Below, in pieces: positions 14,896 through 21,120 of a stretch of 24,000 nucleotides of DNA. A model generated the notes under the pieces. That model was not told the origin of the DNA, did not search any database, and saw only the letters and a list, made by a program, of their open reading frames with translations. The stretch is from Amycolatopsis sp. CA-230715 (lineage in GTDB: Bacteria; Actinomycetota; Actinomycetes; Mycobacteriales; Pseudonocardiaceae). The stretch lies in contig NZ_CP059997.1 of NCBI RefSeq assembly GCF_018736145.1, positions 1,429,149-1,453,148 on the forward strand. Reading direction: 5' to 3'. The stretch's first letter is position 1. Every line of letters begins with the position of its first letter. The position numbers and the translations under genes were made by a program.

Positions 14896-15009
14896 CGGTG
14901 TGCGGAAGACTCGGCGGATCAACGTCCACAAAGGACGATCGTGCGGCGTTCGACCGGTCTCTCGTCGAAGCCGGGTGGACGGTCGGCCACCCCGGCGAGG
15001 AGAAACCAC

Positions 15010-15984
15010 ATGGTCCAGTTGTTCCCGGCGCATTCGGCGCCCCGCAACACCAAGGTCGCGATCGTCGGGGCGGGCGCGGTCGGCGCCACCATCGCCTACG
15101 CGTGCCAGATCCACGGCGTGGCGCACACGATCGCGCTCTACGACACCAACGCCACGAAAGTGCGCGCGCAGGCGCTGGATCTGGCCCACGGCAGCATGTT
15201 CACGCCCACGACCGAGGTCGTGGGCAGTGCCGACGTCGGTGTCTGCGCCGACGCCGACGTCGTGGTGATCACCGCGGGCGCCAAGCAGAAACCCGGCCAG
15301 GACCGGATGGCACTCGCCGGGGACAACGTCGCACTGTGCCGTGACCTCGTGCCGCGGCTGCTGGCGGTGGCACCGGAGGCGATCCTGGTCCCGGTCACCA
15401 ATCCGGTCGACGTGGTCACCCGGGCGGTGCTCACCTTCAGCGGGCTGCCCGCGCGGCGGGTCGTCGGCTCCGGCACCGTGCTGGACTCCTCGCGGCTCCG
15501 GATGCTGATCTCCGAGCACTCCGGCGTCGGCACGCCGAGCGTGCGCGCCTACATCGCGGGCGAGCACGGGGACAGTGCCGTCCCGCTGTGGTCCGGCGCG
15601 TTCCTCGGCTCGGTCCCGATCTCGGACTGGAAGACCGATGGCGCGCCGGGTTTCCCCGACGAGATACGAACCGCCATCAAGCACGCGGTGACCAACGCCG
15701 CGTACGAAGTGATCGCGGGCAAGGGCGCCACCAGCTACGCCATCGGCCTCGCCGTCGCCTACGTCCTGGACACGATCCTCGGCGACCAGCGCCTCATCCT
15801 GCCCGTCACCAGCCTCGTCGAGGACTTCCACGGCATCACGAACGTGTGCCTGTCCCTGCCCCGCCTGCTGGACCGTTCCGGCGCGGGTGCCGTGGTGCCC
15901 TTACCGCTGGCACCGGACGAACTCGACCAGCTCCGGGCGTCCGCGGAAAAGATCCGTGCCCTGTGCCACGAGTTCGGCCTGTGA
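15010..15984 (+). CDS. ldh: L-lactate dehydrogenase
   Basis: KVAIVGAGAVGATIAYA (NAD Rossmann), VVITAGAKQKPGQDR, PVTNPVDV, VVGSGTVLDSSRLR and YIAGEHGDS (catalytic His context). ATG 15010 has GAGGAG upstream. The track start at 14941 adds an Arg/Ser-rich tail. Confidence 0.9.
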   Translation: MVQLFPAHSAPRNTKVAIVGAGAVGATIAYACQIHGVAHTIALYDTNATKVRAQALDLAHGSMFTPTTEVVGSADVGVCADADVVVITAGAKQKPGQDRMALAGDNVALCRDLVPRLLAVAPEAILVPVTNPVDVVTRAVLTFSGLPARRVVGSGTVLDSSRLRMLISEHSGVGTPSVRAYIAGEHGDSAVPLWSGAFLGSVPISDWKTDGAPGFPDEIRTAIKHAVTNAAYEVIAGKGATSYAIGLAVAYVLDTILGDQRLILPVTSLVEDFHGITNVCLSLPRLLDRSGAGAVVPLPLAPDELDQLRASAEKIRALCHEFGL

Positions 15985-16004
15985 GACACGACCGGGAGGC
16001 GACG

Positions 16005-16241
16005 ATGACCGGGAACCGGGACCACGGGGCGGACAGGATCCGCGCGACCGCGGTGGTCGAGCGCTACGCGCGAGACCCCGCCGAGTTGGCGGAGCTGCTG
16101 GACATGCTGGGCCTCCTGAGCCGGCCAGAGGACCGCGCACCGGCACCCGCGCGCGGCGGGCCAGGGCGGCGGTTGCTGATCAGCGAGCTGGCCGCGATGG
16201 TCTCCGCACAGCGCCCACCGGCCGCGGCACCCCACTGTTGA
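16005..16241 (+). CDS. small hypothetical protein (78 aa) coupled to ldh
   Basis: ATG 16005 lies 20 nt after the ldh stop, with GGGAGG 6 nt upstream. Third positions are strongly G/C. I recognise no family. Confidence 0.5.
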   Translation: MTGNRDHGADRIRATAVVERYARDPAELAELLDMLGLLSRPEDRAPAPARGGPGRRLLISELAAMVSAQRPPAAAPHC

Positions 16242-16351
16242 CCTCTCCGCGACCGCGCTCGGGATCACCCGGATCTGCGCCCGACCGCTGCGAGCAGGGG
16301 GCATCGGGCGTGATCGGTGAACGCCACGGGCGAGGGCTGCTGATGCGCGGG

Positions 16352-17317
16352 TCAGGCGCGTTTCGTCGTGACCTGGTCCGCGGTGCGGCGGCCCGTCATC
16401 GGGACCGGGTAGCCGTAGCCGATCCTCAGCAGCGTCTGCACCTGGCCGCGATCTTTGAACAGCTTGAACAGCTCAGGACGGGTGTCAGCGGTCTCGAACG
16501 GCTGGGACAGGAACGAGCTGGCGAGGCCAGCGGCCGTGGCCGCCAGCAGGACGCGTTGCATGACCATGCCCGCGTGGACCTGGTCCCGCGGCCCGGAGCC
16601 CGGCGCGAGCACCGCGGCGAGCAGCGGCTGTTGCTCGTACGAACGCCCTGGCAGGTCGTGGTTGGCGTGGGAGTCGCGCAGGACGATCAAACCGTCCTGC
16701 AACGGTGGTGGCGCGGCGGAAGTGGTGGGCACGCCGTCCGGGCACCCCGCCGGGCGCCTCGTCCAGCTCGCCGACTCGGTGCGATAGGCGATGTCGTTGC
16801 TCTGCACGAATTCCGCGCGCCGGATCAGGGCGACGATGCGGTCGTACTGCCCTGACGCGTCAATGAAGACCAGCGCTCCGCCTTGGGTGAGTGCCGCTGT
16901 CTCGAGCCGACGCCGCACCCCTGGCGGCACCGGCCGGTCCGAGAACGGGCGCCGATTGGTGTGCCTCCTCGCGATCGCGTCGGCAAGCGCGCGTTCGTCC
17001 GAAGTGGACTTGTGGTTGCCCGTGACGCGTGCGGTGGCGAGCAGATCCGGGTGCGCCGGGTCCGGGAGCGTCCGGACGTCGGCGAAGACACCGGCATTGC
17101 GCAGGGCCAGGTCGAGGTTGAGCATCGCGGCACCGCACGCGAGCCGCGCCTCCCACGCGTCGGGATCCGCCACGGGCAGCACCCGGCTCCGGTCGAGCCA
17201 CAGGTCGACGCGCTCGTCCCCTGCCTCGAACCGCCACGGTTGCGTATTGTGCGGCGACGGCGCGAGGATCGCGGATTCCACCGCCCGGTCCAGAACGGCC
17301 GGAAGTGCTCGGTTCAT
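16352..17317 (-). CDS. Acg-family nitroreductase-fold protein, second copy
   Basis: 321 aa. Motifs APSPHNTQPWRF, LACGAAMLNLDLA, RRHTNRRPF and QRVLLAA..LLRIGYGYP. It has the same architecture as 12965-13915. Confidence 0.85.
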   Translation of the reverse strand: MNRALPAVLDRAVESAILAPSPHNTQPWRFEAGDERVDLWLDRSRVLPVADPDAWEARLACGAAMLNLDLALRNAGVFADVRTLPDPAHPDLLATARVTGNHKSTSDERALADAIARRHTNRRPFSDRPVPPGVRRRLETAALTQGGALVFIDASGQYDRIVALIRRAEFVQSNDIAYRTESASWTRRPAGCPDGVPTTSAAPPPLQDGLIVLRDSHANHDLPGRSYEQQPLLAAVLAPGSGPRDQVHAGMVMQRVLLAATAAGLASSFLSQPFETADTRPELFKLFKDRGQVQTLLRIGYGYPVPMTGRRTADQVTTKRA

Positions 17318-17403
17318 CGTGTGCTCCGTACTCGTGTGGATCGGCTCTCGGCCGAGTTTCGTACCGAGATGGCCACATCCGATGCGGTCACCCGGCCCCG
17401 GAA

Positions 17404-17423
17404 CGAAGGACTTTCGCCATCGC
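17404..17423. promoter_or_regulatory. possible DosR half-site upstream of the second acg-like gene
   Basis: cgaaGGACtttcGcCatcgc. The left half and centre (GGACTTTCG) resemble the GGGGACCTTCG motif seen at 5971 and 14090. The right arm is degenerate. Confidence 0.25.
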
Positions 17424-17441
17424 TCCGCACGGCGGGCCCGC

Positions 17442-18929
17442 TCACAGGAGCACGCGTTCGCCTACACCCGGTACCACCGCACACCAGCCTTCGTCCGCGT
17501 GCAGCCGCTTCGCCAACGCGCGTTCACGATCGGGCTCGCCTTGGGTCAGGTACGTGGTTTCGGGCCGGGGCCCTTCCTGCGCCCACGCCACCAGCTCACC
17601 GGCGTCCGCGCTGATCCCGAACCCGCCGAACTCGACGACTTCCGCGCGGACCGGGAGGTACCGGCCGTGGATCTTCACCTGCCGCGCGTGGCGGGCGAGT
17701 TGATCGGCACGGGTGCCCGGCACCGCGTGCCCCGGCAGCAGGACGGCGTTGCGGGGGTCCGGCAGCAGGCGTTCGAGATGGGCAAGCACGCGGCCGCCCG
17801 TGGCCATTCCGGCGCCGGCGATGACGATCGACGGCGCACTCCCGTCCGGTCGGCCCGCGCTCCGCCTGGTCCGCAGCTCGACCAAGCCGGTGGGCGCGCC
17901 GAGCGGACCCGCCGGGTCGCGGCGGACCTCCGGCCACCGCTCGCGCAGTGCGCGCTGGTACACCGCCAGCGCGGTCAGTCCGGCGGAACTGTCCAGGTAC
18001 ACCGGCACGTCCGGGATCCGCCCGTCTTCACGGAACAAGCGCAGCAGCATCAGCAGCACCTCGGTGCGGTCGACGGCCGCGGCCGGGATGACGACGCTGC
18101 CACCGCGCGCCGCGGTGCGGCGGATCGCGTCGGCGAACCGGTCGAACTCGTGCTTGTCCGGTGGCGCTTGGAGGTCGGGTCTCGCGGTGAGGACCAGTGT
18201 GTCGCAGTCGGGGCGCGCCTGCGGCGGCCGGAGGATCGGGTGCGCCGTGCCGCCGAGCGGACCGCAGAGCACCGCGCTGCGTTCGCCGAACCGCAGGTGG
18301 GCCCACGCGGAGCCGAGGGTGTGACCGCTGCGGCCGAACTCGAGCCCGATCCCGTCGGCGATCTCCTGCGAAGCACCGAACGCGAGCGGCCGCAGGAGCT
18401 CCGCCACCGCCGCCGCGTCCGCGACCCGGAACGACGGCAACGCGGGATTGTGCTTGGACGAGCCGAGCGCGTTGGCGATCGCGGCGTCCTCGACGAACTG
18501 GTGCGCGCTGTCGAGGAGCGCGATGGGCACCAGCTCGGCCGCGCCGGGCGTCGCGAACACGGGGCCCCGCCAGCCTTCCGCGACCAGCGCGGGCAGGTAC
18601 CCGCAGTGGTCGAGGTGCGGATGGGTCAGCACGACGGCGTCGAGCCGGTGGAGCTCATCGGGTACCGGTGACCAGTTGCGGCGCCGCATCGCAGCGGGCC
18701 CCTGGAACGTGCCGCAGTCGACCAGCACCCTGGAAGCCGAGGTCTCGACGAGGAACCGGGTACCGGTGACCGTACCGACACCGCCGTGGAAGGTGAGCGC
18801 GGGACGGCGCCCGCGCCTGCGCGGCAGGGACGGGCTGCGGCCGGGCTCTCCGTCCGGCTCCCTGCGCTGCGATCTCGCTGCCCGCTTCGCGTTGGCCAGC
18901 ATGTGCTGGAGGGACACCGGTGTGGACAT
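17442..18929 (-). CDS. MBL-fold beta-CASP family protein with apparently degenerate metal-ligand motifs
   Basis: RVLVDCGTFQG (motif 1), AVVLTHPHLDHCGYLP (motif 2), GRSGHTLGSA (motif 3), PVYLDSS and IAGAGMATGGRVLAHL are all in beta-CASP order. GGGAG lies 5 nt before ATG 18929. There is a basic N-terminal extension of about 45 aa. Confidence 0.8.
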   Translation of the reverse strand: MSTPVSLQHMLANAKRAARSQRREPDGEPGRSPSLPRRRGRRPALTFHGGVGTVTGTRFLVETSASRVLVDCGTFQGPAAMRRRNWSPVPDELHRLDAVVLTHPHLDHCGYLPALVAEGWRGPVFATPGAAELVPIALLDSAHQFVEDAAIANALGSSKHNPALPSFRVADAAAVAELLRPLAFGASQEIADGIGLEFGRSGHTLGSAWAHLRFGERSAVLCGPLGGTAHPILRPPQARPDCDTLVLTARPDLQAPPDKHEFDRFADAIRRTAARGGSVVIPAAAVDRTEVLLMLLRLFREDGRIPDVPVYLDSSAGLTALAVYQRALRERWPEVRRDPAGPLGAPTGLVELRTRRSAGRPDGSAPSIVIAGAGMATGGRVLAHLERLLPDPRNAVLLPGHAVPGTRADQLARHARQVKIHGRYLPVRAEVVEFGGFGISADAGELVAWAQEGPRPETTYLTQGEPDRERALAKRLHADEGWCAVVPGVGERVLL

Positions 18930-19013
18930 CCGTACTCCCGTTCGAGTGTGTCCGAAGTGGACATTCAGAAAACGCTGACTGTTGACGATCTTCGCCGGGA
19001 GCGGACCGGCGCG

Positions 19014-19054
19014 CCGGTGCCCAAAGTCCTCTGATGGTCTCCATTCGTCCCCTA
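19014..19054. promoter_or_regulatory. weak DosR-box-like sites in the MBL/USP divergent region
   Basis: Site 19014-19033 is ccGGtGcCcaaAGTCCtctg, about 12/20. A right-half-only site, cattcGTCCCcta, ends near 19054. Both lie upstream of the USP start at 19112. Confidence 0.25.
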
Positions 19055-19111
19055 TTCACCTCGCCCGCACCCGCCGCACGATCGGCGGAGCCATCGAGAA
19101 AGGGGAAGTTC

Positions 19112-19594
19112 ATGGAGTCATCGACATCGGAGCCGCGCGTGGTGATCGTCGGAGTGGACGGGTCCGAGCAGAGCGTGGCGGCGTTGCGGTGGGCTCTCAC
19201 GATCGGTAGCGGGCCCGGTGACACGGTCCGCGCCATCACCGTCACCGGGTCGGACGATCTGCTCCCCGGCACGTCGTTCGCCGTACAGCCGTACGGGAGG
19301 CACCCGGTGCCGCCACGGGAGTTCTCGCTGACCGAACTGGTGACGCGGTTGCGCCAGGAAGGGATCGGCGAACGGGTACTGGAAGCCCGCACCGACCGAG
19401 GGGATCCCGCGACGGTTCTGCTCGCCGCGGCCGCCGAAGCGGATCTGCTCGCCGTCGGCGCGCACCGGGGTGGCGTGGTGAAGGACCTCCTGATGGGAGG
19501 CGTCGCGACCGAATGCGTACGGCGGGCGTCCTGCCCCGTCATCGTGGTCAACCCCGAGGCGGCCAAGCGGTTCGTGCCCGCGTCGGCGGAGTGA
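19112..19594 (+). CDS. universal stress protein (UspA family)
   Basis: RVVIVGVDGSEQSVAALRWAL..., DLLAVGAHRGG...LLMGGVATECVRRASCPVIVV is the typical USP ATP-binding C-terminal motif. AAAGGGGAAG lies before ATG 19112. Confidence 0.85.
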   Translation: MESSTSEPRVVIVGVDGSEQSVAALRWALTIGSGPGDTVRAITVTGSDDLLPGTSFAVQPYGRHPVPPREFSLTELVTRLRQEGIGERVLEARTDRGDPATVLLAAAAEADLLAVGAHRGGVVKDLLMGGVATECVRRASCPVIVVNPEAAKRFVPASAE

Positions 19595-19600
19595 CGGAAC

Positions 19601-19627
19601 GGCCGGGACAGCGCACTCGTCCCGGCC
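19601..19627. terminator. bidirectional terminator-like hairpin between convergent genes
   Basis: GGCCGGGAC (19601-19609) pairs with GTCCCGGCC (19619-19627) around a 9-nt loop, followed by cgTTTc. It lies between stops 19594(+) and 19632(-). Confidence 0.6.
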
Positions 19628-19631
19628 CGTT

Positions 19632-20000
19632 TCATCCGGCACTGCGCACGCAGGCGCGGACCACCGCATCCGCGTCGCGGACCATCACCCGGTTCTCGAG
19701 ACCGCTCGGCACCTCCGCGGGAACCTCGGGATCGGGCGAGACGAGTACCACCGGTACGTGCGCCCGCACCGCGCAGACCGCGCCGAACTCCCGCGCGGTG
19801 ATCCGGTCGCCCTGCCCCCGGACGTCCACCAGCAGCCCCGGCGGATCGGGCTCGTCGAGCGGGCAACGCCCGCCCGGCGCCAGCGCCCGGCACAACCCCG
19901 CCTTGGTGTGGCAGGACGCCACCCGGCACCCCTGCCCCACCAGCCTGCGCCGCAACGGATCCGCGTCGCCGAACCGCGCTTCGGTCAGCAGCACTCGCAT
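19632..20000 (-). CDS. small Cys-rich hypothetical protein coupled to ackA
   Basis: 122 aa. The ATG at 20000 is 1 nt after the ack stop (TGACATG). It has alternating beta-alpha-like segments (MRVLLTE, LLVDV, VPVVLVS, RVMVRD) and a cysteine cluster, GCRVASCHTKAGLCRALAPGGRC. Confidence 0.6.
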   Translation of the reverse strand: MRVLLTEARFGDADPLRRRLVGQGCRVASCHTKAGLCRALAPGGRCPLDEPDPPGLLVDVRGQGDRITAREFGAVCAVRAHVPVVLVSPDPEVPAEVPSGLENRVMVRDADAVVRACVRSAG

Positions 20001-20001
20001 G

Positions 20002-21102
20002 TCAGCCCACCACCATCCTGGTCAGCGCCCGCTCGGCACCCCGGGCGAGTTCGAGGTCTTCCCTGGTCGTCACGAGCAGCACCGCCGGGCCGGCGCCCGC
20101 GACGCTGAGCATCCGATCGCCGGGGACCCCGTCCGGCAGATCCGGCACCCGCACGCCGAGCACCCGCAGCCCGCGGGCGATGTCGACGACCACGGCGGGC
20201 TGGTGGTCGCTGACGCCACCGGTGAACACGATCGCGTCGATCCGGTCCAGGCTCATCGCCGCGGCCCCGATCTCGCGGCGGATGCGGTGCCGGTAGACCT
20301 CGAGCGCCAGCACCGCGTCACGGTTGCCGGCGGCCGCGGCGGCCGTGACCGCCCTGACGTCGCCACTGGTCCCGCTCATCCCGGCCAGGCCGGAGCGGTG
20401 GTTCAGTGCGTCGCTCATCTCGTCCGGGGACATCGGCGCGGTCCGCATGACGTGCAGGAGCAGTCCCGGATCGATCGATCCCGACCTGGTCGCCATCGCG
20501 GCGCCTTCCAGCGGGGTGTACCCCATGCTGGTGTCCACGCTCCTGCCGTCCTTGATCGAGGTCACCGACACGCCAGCGCCGAGGTGGCAGCACACGATCC
20601 GCAGCGCGTCGGCGTCGCGGTGGAGCATCCGCGCGGCGCCCCGCAGTGCCGACTGGCAGGACAGCCCGTGGAAACCGTACCGGCGCAACCGGTTCTGCCT
20701 GGTCCAGCTCCGTGGCAGCGGGTAGTGCGCGGCCGCGTCGGGCAGATGCGCGTGGAACGCCGTGTCGAAGCACGCCACCACCGGCACCTCCGGGACCACT
20801 CGCATCGCTTCTCGCGCGACAGCAAGCGAAAGTGGCTGGTGCACCGGCGCGAACGGCACCAGTCGCTCCAATGTGGACATCATGGGCGCGGCAAGCTCGG
20901 CCGGTTCCTTCCGCGCACCACCGTGGACGAACCGAATCGCGACGGCGTCGGGCGTCTGCCAGCGCCGGATCGCCTCGCCGACCGGCGCCTCGACACCGTC
21001 CGCGCCGGAAATCGGCCAAGCCGCCCATCCGACGGCGGCCCCGTCGACGACCATCGAGGCCTTCAGGCTCGACGAGCCGGGGTTCAAGGTCAGCACACGC
21101 AT
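20002..21102 (-). CDS. ackA: acetate/propionate kinase
   Basis: MRVLTLNPGSSSLK, RFVHGG, VACFDTAFH, RRYGFHGLS, CHLGAGVSV, DTSMGYTPLEG and IVFTGGV are the canonical Ack motif series. GGAGGAG lies 5 nt before ATG 21102. Confidence 0.9.
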   Translation of the reverse strand: MRVLTLNPGSSSLKASMVVDGAAVGWAAWPISGADGVEAPVGEAIRRWQTPDAVAIRFVHGGARKEPAELAAPMMSTLERLVPFAPVHQPLSLAVAREAMRVVPEVPVVACFDTAFHAHLPDAAAHYPLPRSWTRQNRLRRYGFHGLSCQSALRGAARMLHRDADALRIVCCHLGAGVSVTSIKDGRSVDTSMGYTPLEGAAMATRSGSIDPGLLLHVMRTAPMSPDEMSDALNHRSGLAGMSGTSGDVRAVTAAAAAGNRDAVLALEVYRHRIRREIGAAAMSLDRIDAIVFTGGVSDHQPAVVVDIARGLRVLGVRVPDLPDGVPGDRMLSVAGAGPAVLLVTTREDLELARGAERALTRMVVG

Positions 21103-21120
21103 GGTCGCTCCTCCATCGGG

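Noticed and set aside
15560-15590. GGGGAC-N6-GTCCC inside ldh, and similar pairs inside ackA (about 20131-20150)
   Set aside because: The spacing is wrong (6 or 3 nt) and the locations are deep in coding sequence. Such pairs are expected by chance in GC-rich Gly/Asp/Val/Pro codons.
14626-15831. 401-aa minus-strand ORF opposite dosR 3-prime end and ldh
   Set aside because: It is an antisense shadow. The ldh and dosR motifs are unambiguous on the plus strand.
16791-18671. 626-aa plus-strand ORF opposite acg-like 2 and the MBL gene
   Set aside because: It spans two well-supported minus-strand genes and their intergenic region, has an Arg/Pro/Gly-rich composition and shows no motifs.
18915-18965. 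Repeated GTGGACAT (18921 and 18956) and the TGTCC-N5-GGACA inverted repeat near the MBL start
   Set aside because: One copy is inside the MBL coding start. The inverted repeat has the opposite arm order and a 5-nt spacer relative to the DosR box. I found no further copies in the window to support a distinct operator.
19601-19627. GGGAC...GTCCC pair that could be read as a DosR box
   Set aside because: The spacer is 9 nt rather than 4. The arms extend to a 9-bp GC stem, and the element lies between two convergent stop codons. A terminator hairpin is the simpler explanation.
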